Part shown: positions 29,009-38,222 of the stretch, in pieces
Layout of the letters: the number at the start of each line of letters is the position of its first letter
How positions within the stretch are numbered: position 1 is the stretch's first letter
Assembly (NCBI GenBank): GCA_023819035.1
Contig: JAMWCL010000001.1
Span: 2,226-66,225 of the forward strand
Direction: 5' to 3'
DNA length: 64,000 nucleotides
From: Candidatus Omnitrophota bacterium
Lineage (GTDB): Bacteria; Omnitrophota; Gorgyraeia; Gygaellales; Profunditerraquicolaceae
The notes under the pieces: model-generated
The model's input: the letters and a program-made list of their open reading frames with translations, nothing else
What the model was told of the DNA's origin: nothing
Databases searched by the model: none
Position numbers and translations under genes: made by a program

Positions 29009-30910
29009 TTATGTATCCTTTTCTTCAGATTCTTTACCGTAGTATTTATACTTATAGTAATAGTAAGGATAAGAGGTCAATGCTTCGGTCTGCGGTCGAA
29101 TATTATTTAAGACGATACCAGTGATTTTAGCTCCCGCTGATTCCAATTGCGCCTTAGTCCGCAGAAGGGCATCCCTACTTGTTCTTCCAATCTCATATAC
29201 GATAAGGGTGGAATCTACTTTGGATGCCAGGATGCTTGCATCGGTCACCGCAAGTACAGGAGGAGAATCAAAAAGAATTACCTCAAATTTAAACCTTAGT
29301 TGCTCAATTAACATCTCTAACCTCTCCGACTCTAAGAATTCCACAGGATTAAGAGGTATCTGACCAGAAGGAATAATCCAGATATTTTCTATCCCCGGGG
29401 TCTTACTTATCTCCGCAAATCCAATCTCACCTAATATAATATCCGTAAAACCCTTTAAAATCTCCTCTAAACCTGCGGTTGCCATAATGTATTCGCTTAG
29501 ACCAGGCGTCTTCTTTATACCAAAAATCTTAGCCAGATTAGGCCTTCTTAAGTCTGTGGAGACTAAAACCGTCTTTAAACCCGATTGTGCTATAACTATT
29601 CCTAAATTAGAAACCAGACAGGTCTTTCCTTCCGAGGGACAGGAGCTAGTAATCAATACGGTTTTCTTAGAAGCATCGAGTTTAAGATTAACATAAATAT
29701 TGCGAAAGGATTCAGCTGCCGAAGAGGTCGGTTTATAGTGAGCAATTAAACCAACCTTTCTTTTTTCTGTATCGCTTCTCTTTTTTGGGATCAGTGTTTC
29801 TTTTATTCTTTGAAAGGGCTTAGACTTCTTCTCTGATTCTTCTTCAATAGAAGGAATCACTCCAACCACTGGAAGCTTAAGTAAAGATTCCACATCTTGA
29901 ATAGTGCCGATTGAGGTATCTAAGTTTTCTTTTAAGAAAGCAAAGCCTATTCCTAAGATTATCCCCAGAATTGCCCCAATTAATATCCCCGTCTGTTTAT
30001 TTACCGAAACAGAAGAGGTGGGTAAAACCGCAGGGTTAACAATAGCAACATCACCTACCCTCTCTGCTTCTGTAATGCGCGCCTCTTCTAATTTCTCTTT
30101 TAACATTGCATATAATTTACGACTAACCTCTACCTCCCGGTTTAAGCGTGCGTATTCCAACTGCTGTCCTGAAAACCCGCTCATTTGTTTTTCCATCTCT
30201 TCGATCTGACTCCTTAATTGTTTTACCCGGGGATGTTTTTCCGTATACTTACGCAAGGCATCCGCTAATTCAAACTGGAGCTCTACCATCTTCTTTTCAA
30301 TCGGTTCGGCTAACTTTATATTTTTTACCTCCTCTCCAAATTCTTTTAATCTCTCCTCGGACTGTCTTAATCTTTCCTCCAATGAAGCTAACTGTTCTTC
30401 AATAAACTGCCGGGCCTGTCTGAATTGTTTATTCTTTTCCGCTAAGTTATACTGCTCATAAGCCTCAGATACAGCCTTAGCCAACAACATCGCTTCCTGG
30501 GCAGTATCTGCTGAGGCAGTAATCCGAATCATATTACTGTTGCCAACCCGCTCAGTGGTAATGCTGGCTTCTAACTGAGCGATTGCCTTGCTGATCTCTT
30601 CACTATCTGAGTTCTTATCGATTAGATTGATACGTAAAGCCACATCCTTTAAAACATCATAACTTTTAATCGCTTTAAGGTGTGATTCCATAATATCTGC
30701 AGGGTTATAAAGTATCCATTCCGTGAGTAAACCCGCGATGGTCTTACGCTCTTCTATTTTGATTACTGCACTGGCTTGATAAAATACCGGTTGTAAAGAT
30801 ACATAAATTATACTAATCAGAATAACCGCAACAAAGGTCATTACGATGACAACCCGTTGCTTGCGAAAAATGCGAAGATAATCACTAAAATTTAATTCGT
30901 ATTGAGCCAC
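29009..30910 (-). CDS. wzc: Wzc-like polysaccharide co-polymerase / BY-kinase
   Basis: Two TM helices flanking a coiled coil; Walker A PSEGKT, DLRRP, DSPP; Tyr cluster YPYYYYKYKYY; GTG start. Confidence 0.92.
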   Translation of the reverse strand: MAQYELNFSDYLRIFRKQRVVIVMTFVAVILISIIYVSLQPVFYQASAVIKIEERKTIAGLLTEWILYNPADIMESHLKAIKSYDVLKDVALRINLIDKNSDSEEISKAIAQLEASITTERVGNSNMIRITASADTAQEAMLLAKAVSEAYEQYNLAEKNKQFRQARQFIEEQLASLEERLRQSEERLKEFGEEVKNIKLAEPIEKKMVELQFELADALRKYTEKHPRVKQLRSQIEEMEKQMSGFSGQQLEYARLNREVEVSRKLYAMLKEKLEEARITEAERVGDVAIVNPAVLPTSSVSVNKQTGILIGAILGIILGIGFAFLKENLDTSIGTIQDVESLLKLPVVGVIPSIEEESEKKSKPFQRIKETLIPKKRSDTEKRKVGLIAHYKPTSSAAESFRNIYVNLKLDASKKTVLITSSCPSEGKTCLVSNLGIVIAQSGLKTVLVSTDLRRPNLAKIFGIKKTPGLSEYIMATAGLEEILKGFTDIILGEIGFAEISKTPGIENIWIIPSGQIPLNPVEFLESERLEMLIEQLRFKFEVILFDSPPVLAVTDASILASKVDSTLIVYEIGRTSRDALLRTKAQLESAGAKITGIVLNNIRPQTEALTSYPYYYYKYKYYGKESEEKDT

Positions 30911-30931
30911 CTTTTACCCCTTTTGTTTTTT

Positions 30932-31012
30932 AAAATACCATAGGATAGATAGATTATCAAGTATTTTTTCGATTAAATCCTGGCTTGACAGGGGATTTTT
31001 TTCTGTTAGACT
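30932..31012. promoter_or_regulatory. Divergent sigma70-type promoters (wzc operon leftward, ABC exporter rightward)
   Basis: Minus: TTGATA(30960-30955)-N17-TATTTT with TGn extension. Plus: TTGACA(30985-30990)-N16-TAGACT with TGn extension. Confidence 0.6.
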
Positions 31013-31028
31013 AAAGATAAAAAGCTTC

Positions 31029-31820
31029 TTGTTTTATATGAGATATATATTAGAATTTAATAAGGTTACAAAAATCTTTTATCCTCCTTTTTCCTTTAAA
31101 AACCCCTTAGATTTTCTTTCCTCCCAAAAAGCTATCCTTGCCCTCAATAATATCACCTTCCAGCTTCGGGAGGGGGTAATCTTAGCGGTCCTTGGACCAA
31201 ACGGCGCAGGCAAAACCACCCTGCTTAAGATTATCTCAACCTTAATCCTGCCTGATTCAGGAACAGTCAAGATAAAAGACTTAATCTTAGGCAAGGATGA
31301 CTTAAGGATTAAATCCTTAATAGGATGGGTTGGCTCTTCGGAGAGGGGATTTTATCCAAGGCTTACCGGAAGACAGAATTTAGAGTTCTTTGCTTGTCTT
31401 TATGGACTAGATAAAAAAAAGATAAATCTACGTCTTCAAGAACTCTTTAAATTTTTTAAGATAGACTACCAAGATAAGCGCTTTGATACCTATTCTTCAG
31501 GCATGCAACAAAAATTTGCTTTGATGCGTGCGCTTCTACATGATCCGGAATTATTACTTTTAGATGAACCCTTAAAGAGTCTTGATTATACCACCGCACT
31601 AAATTTAAGAAATTTTATTAAAGAACATTTGGTAAAGGAAAAAAACAAAACGGTCATCTTTACTACCCATCGCATGGAAGAGGCGGTTGACTTTGCAGAC
31701 TTATTTATGATCCTGGTAAAAGGCTATCTTTATGGCTTGGGGACATTATCCGAGTTGAGAAAAAAGGTTAATAATCCTTCAGCAACCCTAAGTGAGATAT
31801 TCTTAAAATTAACCCAGTAG
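31029..31820 (+). CDS. ABC exporter ATP-binding subunit
   Basis: GPNGAGKTT, YSSGM and LLLLDEP motifs; alternative ATG at 31038. Confidence 0.92.
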   Translation: MFYMRYILEFNKVTKIFYPPFSFKNPLDFLSSQKAILALNNITFQLREGVILAVLGPNGAGKTTLLKIISTLILPDSGTVKIKDLILGKDDLRIKSLIGWVGSSERGFYPRLTGRQNLEFFACLYGLDKKKINLRLQELFKFFKIDYQDKRFDTYSSGMQQKFALMRALLHDPELLLLDEPLKSLDYTTALNLRNFIKEHLVKEKNKTVIFTTHRMEEAVDFADLFMILVKGYLYGLGTLSELRKKVNNPSATLSEIFLKLTQ

Positions 31821-31824
31821 AACT

Positions 31825-32634
31825 GTGTGGTTAAGAAAGATAATCGGTTTTTTAAAAAAGGATTTTCTATTAGAATCCAGTTATCGCTTCAGTTTTTTCT
31901 TTGATATCTTTGGCATCCTCATAAATATCTCTATCTATTTTTTTATTGACCGGCTCTTTGAACAAAGATTGGTAGCGCATCTAGAAGAATTTGGTGTAAA
32001 TTATTTCTCTTATGTTATCTTAAGTTCAGCGGCATTTAGTTATATCGGAATCGGTATGGGGTCCTTTGCAGAACGCATCCGTAGCGAACAGGTCCAGGGC
32101 ACATTAGAGACAATCCTTGTTACCCCCACAAGGACTGCGGTGCTTGTTTTTTCTCTTATAATATGGAGCCTGTTTTCTGCTACCTTGGAATTATTTATGT
32201 ATATAACCTTAGGAATCTTTTTATTTAAAATAGATCTTACCCATCTAAATATCTTATCCTGCATAATTACCCTTTTGCTTATTATTATCTCCTTTAGTAG
32301 CCTGGGGATAATCTCGGCAAGCTTTCTTATTGTTTTTAAACGGCTAAACCCCTTAAGTTGGTTGATAGGAAGTTTAGAAGGGCTTCTTGGAGGGGTTTAT
32401 TTTCCGATCACGGTATTACCGGGCTGGCTACAGTTTATTGCGCGGTTCTTTCCGATTACCTATGCTATCCGTGCTATCCAGTTAGCTGTCTATAAAGGTT
32501 ATCACCCTATGCAACTAAGCAGGGAGCTGGGTTTTCTCTTTCTATTTTCAATCTTACTTTTACCTATAAGCATCTTTATATTCTGGAAGAGTCTATATAG
32601 GTCTAGAAAAACCGGCACCTTAGCGCATTATTAA
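31825..32634 (+). CDS. ABC-2 type exporter permease
   Basis: About six TM helices; EQVQGTLE and GVYFPITVLPGWLQ motifs. Confidence 0.9.
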   Translation: MWLRKIIGFLKKDFLLESSYRFSFFFDIFGILINISIYFFIDRLFEQRLVAHLEEFGVNYFSYVILSSAAFSYIGIGMGSFAERIRSEQVQGTLETILVTPTRTAVLVFSLIIWSLFSATLELFMYITLGIFLFKIDLTHLNILSCIITLLLIIISFSSLGIISASFLIVFKRLNPLSWLIGSLEGLLGGVYFPITVLPGWLQFIARFFPITYAIRAIQLAVYKGYHPMQLSRELGFLFLFSILLLPISIFIFWKSLYRSRKTGTLAHY

Positions 32635-34941
32635 AGCCTTTGGAAGAAAAAGAGAGGCGCGCTTAACCCTTTCCCAATAGCCTGCGGGCGTCATCTTTGG
32701 GGGAAAAAGCGAACGGAATAAAAACCTTAATCTTTGCTTTAGATTCTTTTGGTCTGACAAATATACCGCATAATAAAGAGGTATTTTTTGATGCTTCCCT
32801 TTAAGCACTGAATTTAAAAAAACCTTCTCTAAGTAACTTAACCTTTCTGGCTTTATACAAGAAAAAACCTGCGGAGGCACTTCAGCAGAAAAGATCTCTT
32901 TTACCAGATAAAGACTAAGATAAACAATTCGAGTAAGGTTAAATTCCTCAGAGAGATTCATCAGCTTCTCCCAATCTATCCTCTCCTGATAAACCTGAAT
33001 TAACCTGCTTATCTCCCAGAGAAAAACCCAGTTTTGATAATTATGCTTCAGGCTATGCTCACACATAAAGATTATCTGCATCTCAGGATTAAGACAGAAG
33101 ATATTTTGGTAATGCTTAAAAGGGATAACCTCTAACCAAACCTTATCCATATCTATCTTATTTTTCTGGGTAATCAGTAAAAATAGATTATTTATGGGAT
33201 TAAGATGGATATGTAAGGCAGGATAAGAACTATCCTTATGGAAATAATAACGACTATTTAGGTGTTCGGGAATCGGATAAACCTGCAGTTCTTGTAAATA
33301 AGAATAACCCTTTTCTTTAACCGCCTCCTCTAACCTAAAGATATCCTTTTCTTTTACAACCAGATCTATATCTGAGCGCGGACGCAGATAACCCTGCGGG
33401 TAGATCAATATATCTATAGATGGACCTTTAATAAGCAATATTTTTATACAGAGGGTATCTAAATACTTAAGCAGTTCGGTCAGATGCTGGGTAAAATAAA
33501 TACTTTTTGCCATCTCAGTATAATAGGCATCTCTAAAATTCTCAGATACATATTCATCAAAAAGATTATATTGCCTGTGTAAGGAATAAATCTGTTGATA
33601 AAAAGGATAAAAAACAAGTTCTTTTTTGGTCTTATCTAAGATATAGCTCCAATCCATCGCAGGTTGCTTTATCCTTTTTAATATCTCAGCCGAATCCCTT
33701 AAACCCCTTCCACTGATAAGATCAATGATCAACCTATCCTCTTCTTTATTATCTGTGTGGACAGGTTTATCCCTTAAGATGAGCTCAGCGATATGGATAC
33801 CCCCTTCAAGATTGGTCTTTATTAACCTCAGGCCTGCGGTCTTAAATTCCTTTTCTATCTCCTTAATATTAGAAAAGATATGGCAGAAACACATGCTATT
33901 CATCTTACTTAGTGGTGAAACCGTCCTTATCCAGATATCCCCTGGCTCAAGAAAATAATGCGGAAAAAGACAGTTTAATATCTTGCGAAAAAGTCTATAA
34001 AATGTATTAAAGGATAAAAATTTATTATTTGCTATATAAGCACCAAAAAAGATTAAGCCATCTGGCTTAAGGCATCTTTTAATGCGTAAAAGGGTTTTAA
34101 TCCGCAAGGTGCGCGAGGGAATAAAGGAATAAAGGATTCGATCAAATAAACAGTAATCAAATGTGCAGGAAGGAAAATCTATCTCAGAAGCAGAAACTAA
34201 TTTAAAATGGATATCTAATCCTTGCGCTTTGGCTTTGCTCTGTGCCTTTTTGATCATCTCAGGTGCGATATCTATGGCAGTGACCTTAAAACCTAATTTG
34301 GCTAAGGCAAGTGCTTCCCTGCCAGCTCCGCAACCAAGATGAAGTATGGAAGTGCCCTCCTTAAGATACTCCTTAACCATTATCCTCTCCCATTCCTCCA
34401 AACCTAAATCCGCATTTTGCCCACAAAAATCTACCTCCTCTTTCTGATTAAATTTATCCCTTACAGTAGATAAGGACTTTTGGGGACTGCTGATTAAAAA
34501 CTTAAGGTTAAATGCAAAATTCAATTTTAAGCCCAGCGACCTACGCTTTAACAAAAATAGACACAATCCCTTAAAAACAGGAAGACAATTCCATATAGAT
34601 TTAAGCAGATAATCCCAGGGATCTTCGATATTAATTAACTGCTTAGACCTTTTCAAAAAAATTACCTTGCCTAAAATATCCTCAAAGGGTACAGTTAAAT
34701 CAATCTTATCCGTAAAATCTCCTTGAAATATATAATAGAGCTTACCCTTAAAATTCCTTATTTCTATTAAACGATGTACTACATTTTCTTGGGTATCCTT
34801 ATTCTTATATGCAAGGATATCTCCTAATCTTATATCTGTATTTGCGGTTAGGGGTTGCACAAAGACTAAATCGCCCTCTTTAATCAAGGGTTCCATACTT
34901 ACACCCTTTGCCTGGAAGGTAAGAATATTTGGTTTTTCCAT
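32620..34941 (-). CDS. Triple fusion: S24/S26 peptidase + class I methyltransferase + NTP_transf_5 nucleotidyltransferase
   Basis: GVSMEPLIKEGD...VVHRL, then LGCGAGRE...AIDIA, then IKG...LRPRSDIDL. Confidence 0.8.
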   Translation of the reverse strand: MEKPNILTFQAKGVSMEPLIKEGDLVFVQPLTANTDIRLGDILAYKNKDTQENVVHRLIEIRNFKGKLYYIFQGDFTDKIDLTVPFEDILGKVIFLKRSKQLINIEDPWDYLLKSIWNCLPVFKGLCLFLLKRRSLGLKLNFAFNLKFLISSPQKSLSTVRDKFNQKEEVDFCGQNADLGLEEWERIMVKEYLKEGTSILHLGCGAGREALALAKLGFKVTAIDIAPEMIKKAQSKAKAQGLDIHFKLVSASEIDFPSCTFDYCLFDRILYSFIPSRTLRIKTLLRIKRCLKPDGLIFFGAYIANNKFLSFNTFYRLFRKILNCLFPHYFLEPGDIWIRTVSPLSKMNSMCFCHIFSNIKEIEKEFKTAGLRLIKTNLEGGIHIAELILRDKPVHTDNKEEDRLIIDLISGRGLRDSAEILKRIKQPAMDWSYILDKTKKELVFYPFYQQIYSLHRQYNLFDEYVSENFRDAYYTEMAKSIYFTQHLTELLKYLDTLCIKILLIKGPSIDILIYPQGYLRPRSDIDLVVKEKDIFRLEEAVKEKGYSYLQELQVYPIPEHLNSRYYFHKDSSYPALHIHLNPINNLFLLITQKNKIDMDKVWLEVIPFKHYQNIFCLNPEMQIIFMCEHSLKHNYQNWVFLWEISRLIQVYQERIDWEKLMNLSEEFNLTRIVYLSLYLVKEIFSAEVPPQVFSCIKPERLSYLEKVFLNSVLKGKHQKIPLYYAVYLSDQKNLKQRLRFLFRSLFPPKMTPAGYWERVKRASLFLPKALIMR

Positions 34942-34942
34942 C

Positions 34943-35806
34943 TTAAAATATCTTTTTTATAAAATCTACTATTCTACGGTCAGGATAAAAACCTAATTCA
35001 TATACCGGGATATGCCAGATTAATTCTCTATAAAAATCTAAAACAAAATCCATAGCTTGCTTATCCCACCAGGGAACGAGGCTACAAACTAAAAGCTTGC
35101 TGATTGCTTCTGAAAGAGACATCCTTTTTATATGATTTCTCTGGGCATGCCTAAGCAGAAAGAGCCCTTTTAAATTAGCCTCTTCAGAGGAATAAACCTG
35201 AACATCTCCATGCCAGGGTGTACCAAAGACCTGAAATCCAGTATCCTTCTTTCTAAGAATAACTCGCTCATCGCTTAAAATAGAAAGATCATTCTTAAGT
35301 AAGCTGGCTAAGGTGCTTTTTCCCATCCCTGAGCTACCTGCAAAAAGAATGCCTTCGGTATCCTTTTTTATCCCACAACTATGAAGCATTACCCCTAACC
35401 GGCGATAGGTAAGTAATCCTAAAAATAGAACCTCATCTAAAGGATATTCCCAGAAATTAAGCATAAACCCTTCTGGAAGGTCTTCCCTTAAATAAACCTC
35501 TCCCGAACGAAAATCCCTCTCAATCACCGCCATCTTATATAAATTCGGCTTTAAGTCCAGAGAATAAAAATTAAAGATAAGTTTTTTATCCCGGTAAAAG
35601 ACATCCCACTGCCGGTAAGCACTAAAGAGCTTTTTTTGATTTTTAAAAAAAGGAAGGTAACGTTTAAGCTTTAATACGAGATCTGCACTTTTTTTTGAGA
35701 CAAAGCCAAGATAAGCCTTCGGAGGGGTAAGGGTAAGATTATCCTCACCAAGAAGCTCAACTACAATATCTGCAATGGCAAATCTAAATTTATCATTTTT
35801 GCCCAT
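34943..35806 (-). CDS. HPr-kinase/PEPCK-like P-loop kinase (RiPP-associated, ScmC/PadeK-like)
   Basis: LHSCG, GSSGMGKSTL, LSDE and GTPWHG motifs. Confidence 0.75.
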   Translation of the reverse strand: MGKNDKFRFAIADIVVELLGEDNLTLTPPKAYLGFVSKKSADLVLKLKRYLPFFKNQKKLFSAYRQWDVFYRDKKLIFNFYSLDLKPNLYKMAVIERDFRSGEVYLREDLPEGFMLNFWEYPLDEVLFLGLLTYRRLGVMLHSCGIKKDTEGILFAGSSGMGKSTLASLLKNDLSILSDERVILRKKDTGFQVFGTPWHGDVQVYSSEEANLKGLFLLRHAQRNHIKRMSLSEAISKLLVCSLVPWWDKQAMDFVLDFYRELIWHIPVYELGFYPDRRIVDFIKKIF

Positions 35807-35848
35807 GAAGATAAACTGGCCAAGGAATTCTTAGATAGCCTTAGCAAA

Positions 35849-36013
35849 TCAGGAGCCTACGGTTTTACTTGTGCAAGCCGATGAAGACCGACATCTTGCT
35901 GGTGACTTATTTGTTCCAGAGGCAGATTTGCAGTTAGCTAAGACCACCTCGGGGGGAACTAAATCTACCTGTTTTATCTGGGGTTTAAGATAGGGCTTTT
36001 TCCCCGGCTTCAT
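35849..36013 (-). CDS. Putative RiPP precursor peptide, 54 aa, missing from the ORF track
   Basis: MKPGKKPYLKPQIKQVDLVPPEVVLANCKSASGTNKSPARCRSSSACTSKTVGS*. ATGA overlap with the rSAM stop, strong AGGAGGAGG RBS, YxxP leader motif. Confidence 0.85.
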   Translation of the reverse strand: MKPGKKPYLKPQIKQVDLVPPEVVLANCKSASGTNKSPARCRSSSACTSKTVGS

Positions 36014-37086
36014 CTTGCCTCCTCCTTTCTTAGAAATACCTGATGCCGTAAATGGGCTATCTGACAGAGATAATCGATGGGGCTGGATAAATCCTTATTC
36101 TCTAACCAGGACCAACCCGGACATTGATCACAGATATAAGCTACCTCACAACAAAGACATCGTTCATTAAAAGCGTATCTTTGGTTACGCAGTTTAAAAA
36201 GAAAATTGTTAAAGCCTTCTTGAAAACTACCCTTAAGAAGATCATAACTAAAACTGCGTAGCATACTACAGATCTGGAGCTGTCCATAAGCATCTATATG
36301 AAAAGAGATTAAGCCTGCATGGCAAAGAAAAAGCTGTTGAGGATTTAAAACCTGAGAAAATTGTTGGCAAAACCTTAACCAATCCTTATGCCGCGCCTCA
36401 TCTTTTAGATCCAAATCTATTACCTCTTCAGGAGAGAGTCTAAAACTGCAAGGCTGGCGACTACCATCGAGCCGAGGGTTAATTATAGGGTCAAAACGAA
36501 AATCCACACCTAAGCCTTCTGCGTATTCCTTTATCTGAAAAAGCTCCTCTTTATTTAAGGTAGTTACCGTGGTCTTTAATTTAAAAGGAACCTTTCTCTC
36601 TAATAAAAGCTCTATCCCCCTTTGGCAATCCTTGAAGGAGCCTTTTATACCCGTAACCTGCTCGTAAGTATGGGAGGTGATTCCATATAAACTAATCTCT
36701 ATCTGAAAAGGAGGATAATCCTTAAGATAATCCGCTAAATAGGGAGTAATCAAGGTAGCATTGGTAAAAAGGGTAATAATTAAACCCTTCTTTTTAGCAT
36801 AGGTATAGATCTCTAAGAAATCCGGTCGCAAAAGGGGTTCTCCCCCGGTAACTAATAACCAAAGGCAACCTGCCTCAGTAATCTCATCAAGCACACCACA
36901 GATCTCTCTAAGCCCCATCTCTTTTTTATGAGGATCAGAATAACAATAGCAATGCCTGCACCTTAAATTACAGCGCAGAGTAACCTCAAGGGTGCCCTCA
37001 ATAGGTAGGCGTTCTTTTATCGCTTTCTCATGAATCCTATTACTAAATTCCTCGTAGCTAACCTTATCTATCCCTGAACAATCCAT
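36010..37086 (-). CDS. Radical SAM / SPASM peptide maturase
   Basis: CNLRCRHC, TGGEPLL, C-terminal CHAG...C...CLCCEVAYICDQCPG...C. Confidence 0.92.
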   Translation of the reverse strand: MDCSGIDKVSYEEFSNRIHEKAIKERLPIEGTLEVTLRCNLRCRHCYCYSDPHKKEMGLREICGVLDEITEAGCLWLLVTGGEPLLRPDFLEIYTYAKKKGLIITLFTNATLITPYLADYLKDYPPFQIEISLYGITSHTYEQVTGIKGSFKDCQRGIELLLERKVPFKLKTTVTTLNKEELFQIKEYAEGLGVDFRFDPIINPRLDGSRQPCSFRLSPEEVIDLDLKDEARHKDWLRFCQQFSQVLNPQQLFLCHAGLISFHIDAYGQLQICSMLRSFSYDLLKGSFQEGFNNFLFKLRNQRYAFNERCLCCEVAYICDQCPGWSWLENKDLSSPIDYLCQIAHLRHQVFLRKEEAR

Positions 37087-37371
37087 CTAACCAACCTCCT
37101 GGATGGCATTTATCTGCTTTAATTTATTAAGAAATTCCACTAAGTCTTTTTCTAACTGTTCCGTATCCACCTCAAATTCTTCGGTTAGCTTATCCTTTAT
37201 CTCAGCAAGGCTTTTTCTACCATCGATTAATTCCCAGATCCTTGCCCCTGACTCATTTAAGGTATATATACTGGGTAAATCCGTAGCTTTACTTTTTAAA
37301 GGAACCAGAATCATCTCTCCAGAGATCTTACGAAAGATAAATTCCGGGCTTTTTATATAGATTTTTTCCAT
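37087..37371 (-). CDS. PqqD-family RiPP recognition element (RRE)
   Basis: YTLNESGARIWELIDG...EEFEV...D...FL pattern; 94 aa. Confidence 0.92.
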   Translation of the reverse strand: MEKIYIKSPEFIFRKISGEMILVPLKSKATDLPSIYTLNESGARIWELIDGRKSLAEIKDKLTEEFEVDTEQLEKDLVEFLNKLKQINAIQEVG

Positions 37372-37388
37372 ATAAATTATTATTCTTT

Positions 37389-38222
37389 TTACCAGGTCTG
37401 TATTTCCTTACTTGTATAGGCACCCTTGGCAAGGGGCTCTAAAACCTGATTAAGAAAGTAAGTTAGATTAGAGATAAATTTTTTGGGGATAAAGATGATA
37501 TCTTCTGCTTGCAAACTGATATTCTGACGCAGATCACCCTTTAATGCCTTGGTTAGATTCAGTCTCTTAGCCTGGGGTTTTTCAAAACCTCCCCGGATCA
37601 AGATTACACTGGAAGCCACTGCGTCGCGCGTAAAACCACCCGCCAGCCCGATTGCCTCTAAAATAGTCCTTGCTCCACTAACCGCATAAACCCCCGGTCT
37701 GACCACCTCACCTAAAACAATCACCTTTTTACCACCTAACTTCTTTAAAGAAATAGAGACCTCAGGAAAACGGATATACTCTTTTAACCGCTCAGTAATT
37801 ATCTCATCAAGTTGGCTAAGGGTTAATCCCTTTGCCGGAATATCGCCAATCAAAGGAAAGGATATCCTTCCGTCTGGTCTTACAATTACATCCATCGTTA
37901 AATCCGGATTCTGCCAGACCAAAATATATAAAACATCATCCTCACCGATAATGTACTCGGTTTGTATCGGTTTTTCTGCGGGTTTGCTGGTTAAGGGGGT
38001 TACCCCTTCTTTAGTCTCCGATTCCTTTTCCTTTAAAATCTCGATTGCCTTTTGAAATTCCTCTTGTGCCTCAGTGTATCTACCTTGATCGTAATAAATC
38101 TTTCCTCTTTCATAATATTTAAGCGCCTCATCTCTTCTTTCCTGGCTGTAAACAAAGGGAGTAAAAACTAAAAATAAAATAATAATTATTATCCTTTTTA
38201 AAAGAGGCATTCCTTTAAACAT
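37389..38222 (-). CDS. Wza-like polysaccharide export protein (TPR + Poly_export + SLBB)
   Basis: YIIGEDD, VRPDGRISFPLIG and VLGEVVRPG motifs. Confidence 0.9.
   Translation of the reverse strand: MFKGMPLLKRIIIIILFLVFTPFVYSQERRDEALKYYERGKIYYDQGRYTEAQEEFQKAIEILKEKESETKEGVTPLTSKPAEKPIQTEYIIGEDDVLYILVWQNPDLTMDVIVRPDGRISFPLIGDIPAKGLTLSQLDEIITERLKEYIRFPEVSISLKKLGGKKVIVLGEVVRPGVYAVSGARTILEAIGLAGGFTRDAVASSVILIRGGFEKPQAKRLNLTKALKGDLRQNISLQAEDIIFIPKKFISNLTYFLNQVLEPLAKGAYTSKEIQTW

Noticed and set aside
32620-37371. Lasso peptide or PQQ biosynthesis cluster
   Set aside because: No asparagine-synthetase-like cyclase or transglutaminase-like B2 protein; no Asp/Glu in the core for a macrolactam; no pqqB/pqqC or ExxxY precursor.
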